Below, piece by piece: positions 27,967 through 38,168 of a stretch of 64,000 bases of DNA (the first letter of the stretch is position 1; each line of letters begins with the position of its first letter). The position numbers were made by a program, and so were the translations under genes. The DNA is taken from NCBI GenBank assembly GCA_963818965.1, contig CAWFUG010000011.1, positions 368,724 through 432,723 on the forward strand. The letters run 5' to 3'. The DNA is from an uncultured Verrucomicrobiae bacterium. Its GTDB lineage: Bacteria; Chlamydiota; Chlamydiia; Chlamydiales; Rhabdochlamydiaceae. Under the pieces are notes generated by a model, which worked only from the letters and a program-made list of their open reading frames with translations, searched no databases and was not told where the DNA came from.

Positions 27967-28021
27967 AGTTGCATAGGCAACAACGTCGTTCCTAACCCCT
28001 TTTACCCCCCTCTTCAAGATC

Positions 28022-29830
28022 ATGTTTCACTACGATCGCAAGTTCATCCGCAACTTCTCCATCATCGCACACATCGATCACGGCAAATCGACAATCGCCG
28101 ATCGGCTGCTGGAACTAACAGAGACGATCGCAAAGCGAGACATGCAGGAACAAGTACTCGATGCGATGGACTTAGAAAGAGAAAGGGGCATTACCATTAA
28201 AGCCCATCCCGTGACGATGTACTATAAGGCCGGAGATGGACACACCTACCAAATCAATTTCATCGACACTCCCGGACACGTCGACTTCACCTATGAGGTC
28301 TCCCGATCTCTTTCCGCTTGTGAAGGAGCACTCCTGGTCGTCGACGCCGTTCAAGGCGTCCAGGCACAGAGCCTGGCTAACGTCCACCTAGCGATCGAGC
28401 GCAACCTCGAAATTTTACCCGTCATCAATAAAATCGATCTCCCTTCCGCAGATGTCGAAAGCGTCAAACAGCAGATCGAAGATGTGATCGGACTCGATAC
28501 CTCCCATGCGATCCTTTGCTCAGCAAAAACAGGAGTCGGCATCTCAGACATCCTCGAACAGATTCTCCTCACCGTCCCCCCTCCGAAAGACCCTGAAGAT
28601 GACATTTTGCGCGCCCTCCTCTTCGATTCCCACTACGACCCCTACCGCGGTGTCATGGTCTACGTCCGCGTGATCAGCGGTGAGATCAGTAAAAAATCGC
28701 TTATCAAGATGATGGCGACAGACAAGACGTTCGAAGTCTTGGAAGTGGGCATTTTCTCCCCCACTCAAAAACCGGTCGAGAGTTTAAGACCAGGAGAAGT
28801 CGGCTACCTCCTCGCCAATATCAAAAATACCACTGATGTCAAGATCGGCGATACCATTACGACCGTACGCCACCCCGCCTCCAAAGCGCTCCCCGGTTTT
28901 CGCCTCATCTCCCCTGTCGTCTACGCCGGGATCTACCCGGTCGATTCTTCCGACTTCGAAACCCTCCGCGATGCCCTCGTCAAATTGCAACTCAACGATT
29001 CTGCCCTCCACGTCGAGCAAGAAAGCAGCATGGCCCTTGGCTTCGGATTCCGCTGCGGATTCCTCGGCCTGCTCCACCTCGAAATCGTCTTCGAAAGACT
29101 CCAACGGGAATTCAATTTAGATATCATCACGACAGCGCCAAGCGTCATCTACAAAATCACCCTGACCGATGGCAAATTGATCCACATCGACAACGTGGCA
29201 CACTACCCCGATCCGACGTTCATCGAATTCATCGAAGAGCCTTGGGTGCAAAGCCACATCATGGTGCCCGCAGAATACTTAGGTGCCCTGATGAGCCTCG
29301 GCATGGACAAACGGGGTGAGCTGCTCAAAACAGAGACGATGGATGCGAAGCGACTCCTCCTCACCTACCGCTTTCCCCTCAATGAGATCATCACCGACTT
29401 CAACGACAAGCTCAAATCGGTCACTCGCGGCTACGGCTCGTTCGACTACGAATTCGAGCGCTACGAGATCGGCGACATCGTCAAGCTTGAAATCCGCGTT
29501 AATGAAGAGCCCGTCGACGCCTTCTCCTGCCTCGTCCACCGGACAAAGGCGGAGGGAAGAGGCCGTGCGATCTGTAAAAAACTCGTCGAAGTGATCCCGA
29601 TGCAGCAATTTAAAGTCCCGGTCCAAGCAGCGATCGGCGGCAAAGTAATCGCCCGCGAAACGATCCGCGCCCTCACCAAAAACGTCACCGCGAAATGCTA
29701 CGGCGGCGACATCACCCGCAAACGCAAACTCTGGGAAAAACAAAAAGAAGGAAAAAAACGGATGAAGGAGATCGGGAAAGTCAACATCCCCCAATCCGCC
29801 TTCATGGAAGTGCTTAAAGCCAGTGAATAG
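28022..29830 (+). CDS. lepA: Elongation factor 4 (LepA)
   Basis: [30 protein letters not shown] and [13 protein letters not shown] motifs. Confidence 0.98.
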   Translation: MFHYDRKFIRNFSIIAHIDHGKSTIADRLLELTETIAKRDMQEQVLDAMDLERERGITIKAHPVTMYYKAGDGHTYQINFIDTPGHVDFTYEVSRSLSACEGALLVVDAVQGVQAQSLANVHLAIERNLEILPVINKIDLPSADVESVKQQIEDVIGLDTSHAILCSAKTGVGISDILEQILLTVPPPKDPEDDILRALLFDSHYDPYRGVMVYVRVISGEISKKSLIKMMATDKTFEVLEVGIFSPTQKPVESLRPGEVGYLLANIKNTTDVKIGDTITTVRHPASKALPGFRLISPVVYAGIYPVDSSDFETLRDALVKLQLNDSALHVEQESSMALGFGFRCGFLGLLHLEIVFERLQREFNLDIITTAPSVIYKITLTDGKLIHIDNVAHYPDPTFIEFIEEPWVQSHIMVPAEYLGALMSLGMDKRGELLKTETMDAKRLLLTYRFPLNEIITDFNDKLKSVTRGYGSFDYEFERYEIGDIVKLEIRVNEEPVDAFSCLVHRTKAEGRGRAICKKLVEVIPMQQFKVPVQAAIGGKVIARETIRALTKNVTAKCYGGDITRKRKLWEKQKEGKKRMKEIGKVNIPQSAFMEVLKASE

Positions 29831-29833
29831 AGC

Positions 29834-31099
29834 CTAGAGAGTGTTAACAAACCACTGTTTGAACGAAGAGATTTCTCGCCGTCCCCATTCCTCGGTAGCT
29901 GTTATGATTGGATTCGCCATCTGGACCTCATGCGTCTGACTCCACGTAACCCAGCTTAATTGAGGAAAATTCAGAGGCAAGAAACCAACGACAGAACCCT
30001 GAAGAACAGCTCCTGTTAACAAGGGTGAATTACCCATAAGAACTAACGTACCAAGATGAGCCAAATATAGGCCGCGTGGAAAACTCTGAATCGTGAGATT
30101 GTTATATCCCAGACCTAGGGTTTCTAGATTGGGCGGCATCTGTTCAGGTAACTGAGTGAGTTGATTTCTACCCAACCAAAGGTCTCTGAGTTTGGGCAGA
30201 TTTCCCATATCGCGAGGCAGATGAGTGATTTGATTTCCCACAAGGACTAATTCCTCGAGATGGGGTAGGTCCAAATAAGGGAGCCCTCTGATTTTATTTT
30301 CTCTCAGATCTAAGCATTGCAGGCGCGTAAAGTAATTGATCTGAGGCGGAATGTATTCCAGCTCTCCATCGATGATTTCGATTCGTGTGACATGACTTAG
30401 GAGCGCTTCGACTCCTTTTGTTTCGAAAAAGCTAAGAATCTCTTGGCAGGACGCATCCTCGCCGGGGATGACGATCCCCTCAGGATTATTTGGAGGTGTA
30501 TTTTGTTTCGCAATCGCATCTTGTAACCCACCCTGCCAGGCACTACATAACGCCCGAGACAGCGCATCCTTTTCCTCTTCTCCCCTGACTTCAAACGAAG
30601 AATACAAACAAATGCTGCTAGAGCAAGAATCTCTTCCTATGATTTCGTAATTTTGCCGTATCGCATTATTGAGCTCAACGAAATGCTCAAATGCATCTGC
30701 CTGAAGGGACGATTCCCCACTGCTAAGGGATTTAAGAACGTTCAAACAATACATCTCTAACAAATGCTGGCTTTGTTCAAAGGCACTGATCTCTCTTCCA
30801 GCAGTTCTGGACAGCATACTCTCTTGTACCCTTAAATTTCTTTCCTTATCCGATAAGCGAACAAATTCCGGTCCCAAGATCCCTAGCGCCAAATTGCGCA
30901 TTACATCGGGAAAAAAGTCATTCCACGCCTTACAGACCAACCTAAAGCTCAAGGTATCGATGAGCTCAGGGGCTTGCTCGAGAACGAGCCATTGGATTTC
31001 TTTCGGAAATTCAGAAAACCGAGGCATTGCGGCCAGGGGAGTTGTGGTAGTTGTGGGAGTAAGATTACCCCTACTAAATAGACTGCCTAAAAAGCTCAT
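29834..31099 (-). CDS. F-box plus leucine-rich-repeat effector-like protein
   Basis: FSEFPKEIQWLVLE...LSFRLVCKAWN F-box; LxxLxLxxNxI/LxxLP repeats. Confidence 0.8.
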   Translation of the reverse strand: MSFLGSLFSRGNLTPTTTTTPLAAMPRFSEFPKEIQWLVLEQAPELIDTLSFRLVCKAWNDFFPDVMRNLALGILGPEFVRLSDKERNLRVQESMLSRTAGREISAFEQSQHLLEMYCLNVLKSLSSGESSLQADAFEHFVELNNAIRQNYEIIGRDSCSSSICLYSSFEVRGEEEKDALSRALCSAWQGGLQDAIAKQNTPPNNPEGIVIPGEDASCQEILSFFETKGVEALLSHVTRIEIIDGELEYIPPQINYFTRLQCLDLRENKIRGLPYLDLPHLEELVLVGNQITHLPRDMGNLPKLRDLWLGRNQLTQLPEQMPPNLETLGLGYNNLTIQSFPRGLYLAHLGTLVLMGNSPLLTGAVLQGSVVGFLPLNFPQLSWVTWSQTHEVQMANPIITATEEWGRREISSFKQWFVNTL

Positions 31100-31286
31100 T
31101 TTAAACCCTCATTTAATTACGTTTTTTTTACTTATAGTTATATTAATATACTAATAATAGTATTAAAATAAAATATAATTAATTTTTTAATAGAAAATAG
31201 CCAGGTTAACCTGGTTTGCCCGAAATAAACATAGAAATTATTTTAACTCAGAGGTAGGGTAGAACGCTTGAGCTTGCACATTCAGC

Positions 31287-32741
31287 TCAGGCATTATAAG
31301 AGGTCGAGGTCACATCGCCCCCTGTGCCCGTCCAGTTGGTATGGAAGAATTGGCCGCGGGGTTTGTCGACGCGCTCATAGGTGTGCGCACCGAAAAAGTC
31401 CCGTTGCGCTTGGATGAGGTTTGCGGAGAGATTTGCCGTGCAGTAGCCGTCGAAAAAGGAAAGGGCAGTGCTGAAACAGGGGATCGGGACGGCGTGTTCA
31501 GCAGCTTTACTGATGACGCGTCTCCAGGAATCTTCCGCCTGTAAAATTTCGTGACGAAAGAAGGAGTCTAGCAGGAGATTGGGGAGCTCAGGCGCTTGGG
31601 CATAGGCCTTTTTGATGTCGTTTAAGAATTTGCTGCGGATGATGCAGCCAGCGCGCCAAATGAGTGCAATTGCCCCGTAGTTGAGCTTCCATTTCATCTC
31701 CGTCGCTGCTGCTTTCATCAACATGAAGCCTTGGGAGTAGCTGATGATTTTAGAAGCGTAGAGCGCTTGGCGAATGTCTTCGATAAACTGCTTCTTATCT
31801 CCCTTAAAGGGAATCTCTTTTTTAGGAAATGCCTTAGCCGCTTCGACGCGCTCTTCTTTAAGGGATGAGAGACAGCGCGCGAATACCGCTTCTGCAATCA
31901 AGGTCACGGGGATCCCTAAATCGAGTGCACTGATTCCCGTCCACTTTCCCGTCCCCTTCTGTCCTGCGACGTCGAGGATCTTATCCAAGAGCGGTTTTCC
32001 ATCTGTATCCTTATGCCCAAAAATATTCGCCGTGATTTCGATGAGAAAACTATCTAGGGGTCCTCGGTTCCAGGTATGAAAAATCTCCTGCATCTCCTCT
32101 GTCGAACACTTCAGAACGTGTTTGAGAAGAAAATACGCCTCTGAGATGAGTTGCATGTCGCCGTATTCGATTCCATTGTGCACCATTTTGACGTAGTGCC
32201 CCGCTCCCCCCTCTCCGATCCAATCGCAGCAAGCGAGCCCATCTTCTTTGGCCTTAGCAGAAATCCCTTGAAAGATCGGCTGGATCAAGGGCCAAGCTTG
32301 AGGGTTACCTCCCGGCATGATCGAAGGGCCATGACGTGCTCCCTCTTCTCCTCCTGAGATTCCCGCTCCGATGAACAAGATTCCCTTGGCTTGGAGCTCT
32401 TTGACGCGCCTCTCTGTGTCGGGGTAATGGCTATTTCCGCCGTCGATTATGATATCCCCTTTTTCCAAAAAGGGGAGGCACTCTTCGATCAACTCATCCA
32501 CCGCAGCACCTGCTTTGACCATGAACATCAACTTGCGCGGTTTTTTTAGAGATTGGATAAATTCTTTTAATGAATGAGTTCCGATCACCTGCGTGTTTTT
32601 CGCAGGTCCTTTTAAAAAATCATCTACGCGCGAGACAGTGCGGTTAAACACCGCTACGGTAAAGCCGTGGTCATTCATATTTAAAACGAGATTTTGCCCC
32701 ATCACCGCAAGGCCGATAAGTCCGATGTCTGCTTGTGCCAT
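31287..32741 (-). CDS. gnd: 6-phosphogluconate dehydrogenase (NADP-dependent, decarboxylating)
   Basis: GLIGLAVMGQNL, KMVHNGIEYGDMQ and QAQRDFFGAHTY motifs. Confidence 0.98.
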   Translation of the reverse strand: MAQADIGLIGLAVMGQNLVLNMNDHGFTVAVFNRTVSRVDDFLKGPAKNTQVIGTHSLKEFIQSLKKPRKLMFMVKAGAAVDELIEECLPFLEKGDIIIDGGNSHYPDTERRVKELQAKGILFIGAGISGGEEGARHGPSIMPGGNPQAWPLIQPIFQGISAKAKEDGLACCDWIGEGGAGHYVKMVHNGIEYGDMQLISEAYFLLKHVLKCSTEEMQEIFHTWNRGPLDSFLIEITANIFGHKDTDGKPLLDKILDVAGQKGTGKWTGISALDLGIPVTLIAEAVFARCLSSLKEERVEAAKAFPKKEIPFKGDKKQFIEDIRQALYASKIISYSQGFMLMKAAATEMKWKLNYGAIALIWRAGCIIRSKFLNDIKKAYAQAPELPNLLLDSFFRHEILQAEDSWRRVISKAAEHAVPIPCFSTALSFFDGYCTANLSANLIQAQRDFFGAHTYERVDKPRGQFFHTNWTGTGGDVTSTSYNA

Positions 32742-32801
32742 TGTAAAACCTCTTTTTTTTGTTGATCAAAGGGGTCCTGCTCCCTATACTCTCCCCCTCT
32801 T

Positions 32802-32875
32802 GTTCTCGTAGCTCAGGTGGATAGAGCGGTCGCCTCCTAAGCGACAGGTCGCGCGTTCAACTCGCGCCGAGGACA
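32802..32875 (+). tRNA. tRNA-Arg (anticodon CCT), CCA not encoded
   Basis: Acceptor stem GTTCTCG/CGAGGAC, D-arm GCTC..GAGC, anticodon arm GTCGC-CTCCTAA-GCGAC, T-arm GCGCG-TTCAACT-CGCGC. Confidence 0.93.
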
Positions 32876-32879
32876 TTTC

Positions 32880-33566
32880 CTACATTTTCATATATTTGTC
32901 GATCCCTTCGGCAATCCCCAAAGCGATCTTATCCAGATAAGAGCGATCACGCAGTTTGATCCGTTCTTCTTTATTCGTAATAAATCCCCCTTCGACCAGA
33001 ATAGCGGGCATCGATGTCTCGCGAATCACGTGAAAATTACCCTGCTTTACGCCACGAGAGCGTGCTCCTGTCTCATCGATCATCCCTCCCAGTACACAAC
33101 TCGCTAGCCGCTTGGACGCCCGCGAGCGCCAGAGCTCCTTAGAATTGTAATAAAAGACTTCGATCCCCTTCGCTTCCGGACTCGGGGCTGAGTTAAAATG
33201 GATGCTTACGAATAGAGATCCTTGCGCCTTATTCGCAAGCGAAACGCGGCGCGGCAGCGACACAAAGACATCGCGGCTCCGCGTCAAAACCACCTGATAC
33301 CCTAACTCTTCCAAACGCGTCTTTGTGAGCAGAGTCGCAACCAAAGCGACTCGCTTTTCCAGTACGGCATTGACCTTTGTCCCCTCATCCGTTCCCCCAT
33401 GCCCCGGATCGAGGATGATCACAGGCTTGGTGCTCGTCGAAACGACAGGAGCTGCCACCTCGTAGCTCCCCTTTACCCCATGGGTATGCGTAGGTTTCCC
33501 AGAAGAGCAGAGAACGAAAAGGGCAAATGCGTAAAATGCAAATGATAAAACGCGCAGATAGCGCAT
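32880..33566 (-). CDS. amiA: N-acetylmuramoyl-L-alanine amidase (Amidase_3)
   Basis: ILDPGHGG, LTRSRD, FVSIHFNS and PAILVEGGF motifs. Confidence 0.93.
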   Translation of the reverse strand: MRYLRVLSFAFYAFALFVLCSSGKPTHTHGVKGSYEVAAPVVSTSTKPVIILDPGHGGTDEGTKVNAVLEKRVALVATLLTKTRLEELGYQVVLTRSRDVFVSLPRRVSLANKAQGSLFVSIHFNSAPSPEAKGIEVFYYNSKELWRSRASKRLASCVLGGMIDETGARSRGVKQGNFHVIRETSMPAILVEGGFITNKEERIKLRDRSYLDKIALGIAEGIDKYMKM

Positions 33567-33609
33567 GGGCCTCTCTATTCCAATCCCACAACTTTAAAGT
33601 CTTGAGAAA

Positions 33610-33648
33610 TTAGAGTCAATCCCACAAGAGATTGTAGATAGGCTCTTA
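33610..33648. repeat. Second copy of the ...GAGATTGTAGATAGGCTCTTA element
   Basis: TTAGAGTCAATCCCACAAGAGATTGTAGATAGGCTCTTA; 22 bp are identical to 8205-8226. Confidence 0.6.
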
Positions 33649-34069
33649 CTGACTGAGCTGTTCAATAGTAATCATCGCTGTCGTTCCTGAGGCAAGGGTA
33701 ACAGCGAGCCCAGAGATCGCGACCTGTAAGCTCGCTGGCAAACTTCCTGAAGCCACAGTTAATACCGCTTCCAATACAAAAGGAACCCCTCCCGTTGTAA
33801 TGGCGTAGGCAGGCCCCACTGCAGTCCCATTCAATTCCAATTGCATCGTCCCCAAAAGACTCAAAGTAGTCGTTCGAGCGACTACCCGCACACAGTAGTT
33901 ACCTGATTGACTGATTGTAAATGTATCGCTTGCAGATTGCGTGATCGCAGTGCCATAAGACACCGCCGTTTGGTTGAAAGAAACCGTTCCCCCTGCGACT
34001 ACAGTGATATTGGAAGCACTGGTAAGGAACCACGCGCCGGAACCCGTGGCTTTCGCATGGGGTTACCAT
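33646..34069 (-). CDS. Small all-beta BclA-C-terminal/C1q-like protein, apparently frameshifted near its start
   Basis: VVAGGTVSFNQ...FTISQSGNYCV...LELNG pattern. The frame is open upstream of GTG 33963 as far as a C4 run at 34059-34062, and ATG 34069 is one base out of frame. Confidence 0.5.
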
Positions 34070-34107
34070 GCCGGCTGTGGTATACGAGTAATGGATATTT
34101 TACAAGA

Positions 34108-35583
34108 CTACTCTGCCGCAGCTTGAGCAATACAGCGATCATCAAAAGCGATTCTGCGCTGAGAGAAGATTTGATAGGTCTCGTGGCCTTTACCGGCGAT
34201 CAGGACGATGTCTTCTGGTGCGGCGAGTTGGATGGCTCGATGGATCGCTTCCTCTCGATCGGGGAGGACGAGGACACGGCTTAAGTCCTGGATTCCCGAT
34301 AAGATGCCGCGGATGATGGCATCGGGATCTTCCTGGCGCGGGTTGTCGTTGGTGACGATGATGAGATCGGAGAGTTTCTCTGCGACGGCTCCCATCTTCG
34401 GGCGCTTGGTCTGGTCGCGATCTCCGCCACAACCAAAGAGGGTGATCAAGCGCTTAGGGTTGAGTTCTCTGAGGGTGATAAGCACGTTGTGGAGGGCATC
34501 TTCTGTGTGTGCGTAGTCGACGAAGAGATTTAAGTTTTTTTTGTTTTTGACGCGCTCTAATCGCCCAGAGGTCGTGTGAAAGGTCTCTAGGGCGGGGAGG
34601 ATTTTTTCTAAAGAGTAGCCGCGGGTGAGGAGGGCGCCGATTGCAGCGAGGAGATTATAGACATTGTATCTCCCGATGAGGGAGGTAGAGAAGGGATATT
34701 TTCTCTCTGCATAGTGGATGGTGAAAGAGAGGCCAGAGGCGCTTAAAGATAGGTCGGTAGCATAGAGATCGGCTGAGGGGTCGAGGCCATAACGGATGAT
34801 TTTAGCGCTACAGTGCGTTAAAATCTGTTTTTCATAAGGATCATCGCCGTTGACAACAGCGGTTTTTATAAAGGGTTTGCTCCCTTGGGGGGAAAGCATG
34901 GTGAAGAGCTGCGCCTTGGCTTCGGCGTACTGGTCCATGTTCCCGTGGTAATCGAGGTGGTCTTGAGTGAGGTTGGTAAAGACTGCTGTGTCGAATTCGA
35001 TCGGGGCCACTCTACCTTGATCGAGCGCATGGGAAGAGACTTCCATCACGCAGCTCTTACAGCCTAAAGAGACCATCTCGTGGAAGAATTTGTAATTGGT
35101 CAGAATGTCGGGGGTCGTGTGTTCTGAGGGGATGGCGCGTCCTCCGCCTAAGAGGCATTCGATCGTGCCGATGAGACCTGTTTCCCCTTCGAGTTGTCGC
35201 AGCGCGTGGTAGATCATCTGGGTGGTGGTCGTCTTTCCATTGGTCCCTGTGACGCCGATCAAAAAAAGGCGCTGGTCGGCGTGATCGTAGTATTCTCGAG
35301 CGAGGAGTGCTTCGATTTTGGAGACGTCAGGGTGGATGATTTGAACAATGTCAGGATGAAAGGGATCATACAAGTCAGTGAGGATTGCGACGGCGCCACT
35401 TGCTACTGCATCGGGAATAAAGCGCGCTGCATGGTGGGTCTTGCCCTGCTTTGCGATGAAGAGATCTCCGGGAGCAACCCTTCTAGAATCGGAAGAGAGT
35501 CCTTTGATCTCGATCTCTTTCGATCCCTTCACGGTATCGATGGGGAGATTTTTAAGTAATTTTTTTAACTTGATTGGTTCCAT
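34108..35583 (-). CDS. murE: UDP-N-acetylmuramoyl-tripeptide (meso-DAP) ligase
   Basis: GVTGTNGKTT, MEVSSHALDQ, FTNLTQDHLDYH, DNPR and AGKGHE motifs. Confidence 0.96.
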   Translation of the reverse strand: MEPIKLKKLLKNLPIDTVKGSKEIEIKGLSSDSRRVAPGDLFIAKQGKTHHAARFIPDAVASGAVAILTDLYDPFHPDIVQIIHPDVSKIEALLAREYYDHADQRLFLIGVTGTNGKTTTTQMIYHALRQLEGETGLIGTIECLLGGGRAIPSEHTTPDILTNYKFFHEMVSLGCKSCVMEVSSHALDQGRVAPIEFDTAVFTNLTQDHLDYHGNMDQYAEAKAQLFTMLSPQGSKPFIKTAVVNGDDPYEKQILTHCSAKIIRYGLDPSADLYATDLSLSASGLSFTIHYAERKYPFSTSLIGRYNVYNLLAAIGALLTRGYSLEKILPALETFHTTSGRLERVKNKKNLNLFVDYAHTEDALHNVLITLRELNPKRLITLFGCGGDRDQTKRPKMGAVAEKLSDLIIVTNDNPRQEDPDAIIRGILSGIQDLSRVLVLPDREEAIHRAIQLAAPEDIVLIAGKGHETYQIFSQRRIAFDDRCIAQAAAE

Positions 35584-37574
35584 TGTCTATAGAGTTCCCC
35601 TAACTGCTTTGTCTCTTTTAACCAATTGGCTTTTTCCTCGTCACGTCTCGGATCGCCAATAGGATAACCGAATGGGTCATCGGGTTCCACTCCTAAATAC
35701 TGCAATGTACGCAAAGCGATTTCTTGGAAGGCGGGGGCACAACACCTTCCTCCCAACTGGTTTCTCCCAAAGCCTGCGATGTACTTAAACTCTGGATCAT
35801 CGATGGCGACGAGGAGGACAAAGCGGGGCTGATCCGCGGGGGCAAATCCGATGAACGTCGAAAAGTGGTCTTTTTTGGAGTATTTTCCATGGACGATTTT
35901 TTCCGCTGTTCCCGTCTTTCCCACTTCTGTATAACCCGGGAGCTCTCCTTTCTCGGCACTTCCGCCCGGTTTTGGCGCATACTTCATCGCTTGCACGACT
36001 TCTTTGATGATGTCTGGTTCGAGAAGGCGTCGAAAGCTCTCGATTCTCTCTTGAGAGGTGTTGTCTAACAACACCTCTTGGCGCCCATCGCGCGTTTCAC
36101 GGACGATTTTGCGCACGAGTGTCGGCTGGACGTCGAATCCCCCATTGGCCAAAATGCCGTAGTTGCGCACCATTTGAAGGCTGGTGACGAGGATATTGTG
36201 CCCAAAGGCGATAGAAAAAGGGGTGGGCTTCGACCATTCCAGAGTGCCATTGGGATTGAGTTTCCCGGGAGTGGGCAATAACCCATTTGATTCAGAAGGA
36301 AGCTCGATCCCACATTTGGTTCCAAAGCCGAAGATCTCCTTCAGTTGGTTCCGATACCAAGCCTCTCCTAAAGTATCGACGATTCTCTGGGCAAGTCTGG
36401 CCATGTAGATGTTAGAGGATTTTTGCACGGCCATCTGCATGTTGAGATAATGGTGCAGGCTCATGTCTCGTATCGGCTTCGAGCGTCCCGGAAACCGCCC
36501 ATCGCTCGTCGCGATCTTTTCAGCGGGAGAGAAAAGGGGCTTTCTCCCTTGTTTTTTCAATTCGCAATTGGCCTTTAAGGCAAGCGCTACCGTCAACGGC
36601 TTCATCGTCGAGCCCGGTTCATAAGCGTCAGTGATCGCTTTGACTTTCGCATGTTCATTGAGTGCTGGATCGTTGAAATACTTGCGGTACTCTTTTGGTT
36701 CGAAAGCAGGGTACTGCGCGAGCGCCCAGATCTCCCCGGTGCGCGGCTCCATCAGAACAGCCCAACCTGCTTTGGCGTTTGCTTTTTTAACAGCTTTGTA
36801 GATCTCTTCTTCTGCAATCGCCTGGAGGTAGGGATTGATCGTCAGATAGACATCGGCTCCATCTTCTGGTGAAGAGAGCACCTGCCCTGTTTCCATGGGA
36901 TGGCGAGGAGAGCGCAACAAGAGGCGTTTCCCTTCTTTCCCGCGTAATAAGTCGTCGAAGATGAGCTCTAATCCCCCCGTAGGGATCGCGCGCTGGGTGG
37001 CGCCGTCTTTTTCCTCTCTCACTGTATGTAAGACCTGACCTAAGAGTTTGCCGAAGGGATAGGAGCGCTGATAGTCTTGTACAAGAAAAAGGGCATTGCG
37101 CGCGATCTTGTGTGCTTTAGCAAACGGATGCCACCAGCGGTGGAGCTCTTCTACTTGTGCTTTGTCGAGCCAAGAGAGGAGCTTGCGCGAGCGACTCTCT
37201 TTTTTCAATTGGACAAAGAGTTTTTGCGCATCCTCTTTTTCAAGTGAAAAAAGGGTCGTGAGTTTTTGGGAAATCTCTTGCCGGTGGGGTTCTGGGATGC
37301 TCTTGGGATCGGCATAGAGATGGAATTTAGGAACGTCAATGACGAGCGCTTGGAGCTGCTCGGGATGGCCGCGTTGGATGGCATCATTGCCATAAAACAC
37401 GCCGCGTCTACAGGGTTCTGTCACTGCAATTTGGTGCTGCGCCTGAGCGCGCTTCGCCCATTTTTCCCCTTCGAGGATCTGAATTTTAAAAAAATGGACG
37501 ATGAGAGCACAAAATAGGAGAAAGACGAAGAGAGCGACAAAGAGAAGCGGTTTGCGAGCGGAGTGTAAACTCAT
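35565..37574 (-). CDS. ftsI: Division transpeptidase FtsI/PBP3
   Basis: EPGSTMK (SxxK), SSN and KTGTAEK motifs; position in the dcw cluster. Confidence 0.92.
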   Translation of the reverse strand: MSLHSARKPLLFVALFVFLLFCALIVHFFKIQILEGEKWAKRAQAQHQIAVTEPCRRGVFYGNDAIQRGHPEQLQALVIDVPKFHLYADPKSIPEPHRQEISQKLTTLFSLEKEDAQKLFVQLKKESRSRKLLSWLDKAQVEELHRWWHPFAKAHKIARNALFLVQDYQRSYPFGKLLGQVLHTVREEKDGATQRAIPTGGLELIFDDLLRGKEGKRLLLRSPRHPMETGQVLSSPEDGADVYLTINPYLQAIAEEEIYKAVKKANAKAGWAVLMEPRTGEIWALAQYPAFEPKEYRKYFNDPALNEHAKVKAITDAYEPGSTMKPLTVALALKANCELKKQGRKPLFSPAEKIATSDGRFPGRSKPIRDMSLHHYLNMQMAVQKSSNIYMARLAQRIVDTLGEAWYRNQLKEIFGFGTKCGIELPSESNGLLPTPGKLNPNGTLEWSKPTPFSIAFGHNILVTSLQMVRNYGILANGGFDVQPTLVRKIVRETRDGRQEVLLDNTSQERIESFRRLLEPDIIKEVVQAMKYAPKPGGSAEKGELPGYTEVGKTGTAEKIVHGKYSKKDHFSTFIGFAPADQPRFVLLVAIDDPEFKYIAGFGRNQLGGRCCAPAFQEIALRTLQYLGVEPDDPFGYPIGDPRRDEEKANWLKETKQLGELYRQWNQSS

Positions 37575-37592
37575 TAGATTACCAATACAGGT

Positions 37593-37754
37593 TTACCACA
37601 GAGAGGGGAAACCACAGAGAGAAATTTTCATCTTATACCCCAGTCAGCCTCAAACTTGGAATTTGGCGGGAGCTTTCGCGCCGGCCAAATTCCAAGTTTG
37701 AGGCCGACTGGGGTATAAAAAATCCCTCTCTGTGGTTTCCCCTCTCTGTGGTAA
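37593..37754. repeat. ACCACAGAGAG-family palindrome, copy 3, with a nested TACCC element
   Basis: TTACCACAGAGAGGGGAAACCACAGAGAG ... CTCTCTGTGGTTTCCCCTCTCTGTGGTAA perfect inverted arms. Confidence 0.85.
37634..37717. mobile_element. TA|TACCCC..GGGGTA|TA hairpin element (80 bp)
   Basis: Near-perfect 32-bp arms; carries the GAAAGCTCCCGC motif (minus strand) shared with the 43052 element. Confidence 0.85.
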
Positions 37755-37769
37755 AATTCGACCCCATGC

Positions 37770-37818
37770 TAATACCTCGCGCGCTTGAGGATGGTGCATT
37801 TGAGCGCGCGGGGTATTA
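37770..37818. mobile_element. Short fold-back member of the TACC family abutting the ftsL stop
   Basis: TACCTCGCGCGCTTGAGGATGGTGCATTTGAGCGCGCGGGGTA; the 25-nt core is identical to the 43052 arm. Confidence 0.8.
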
Positions 37819-38160
37819 ATGAGCGCTTGCGATGAAAGTTGCTTTGGGAGGGACGGCGACTTCTTTTCGTTTTTCAGAAGAGAGGTCTAGGGCGATTCCC
37901 TCGTGTATTTTTAGAACTTGCTTGGCAATGGGGTACTTGAGGTGACTGAATTCGACAGTGCGCGCTAACTGGATCAAGTGTTCGGGGCTCTCAAAGAGAT
38001 CGATCTCATACTGGAGCTGCGTATTTTTTTCCTTGAGATCTTTGATATGTCCAGCGATGAGGGGTATTTCTAAGCGCAGACGTGTCACCGCATTTTGTGT
38101 ATCGATATAGGAATAAAGGCAAAAAGCCACAAACCCGATACAGAGAAAAATGCGGAGCAT
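37816..38160 (-). CDS. ftsL: FtsL-like cell division protein (CT271-like)
   Basis: Single TM segment, coiled coil and ESPEHL motif; lies between rsmH and ftsI. Confidence 0.7.
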   Translation of the reverse strand: MLRIFLCIGFVAFCLYSYIDTQNAVTRLRLEIPLIAGHIKDLKEKNTQLQYEIDLFESPEHLIQLARTVEFSHLKYPIAKQVLKIHEGIALDLSSEKRKEVAVPPKATFIASAH

Positions 38161-38168
38161 GGAATCAC

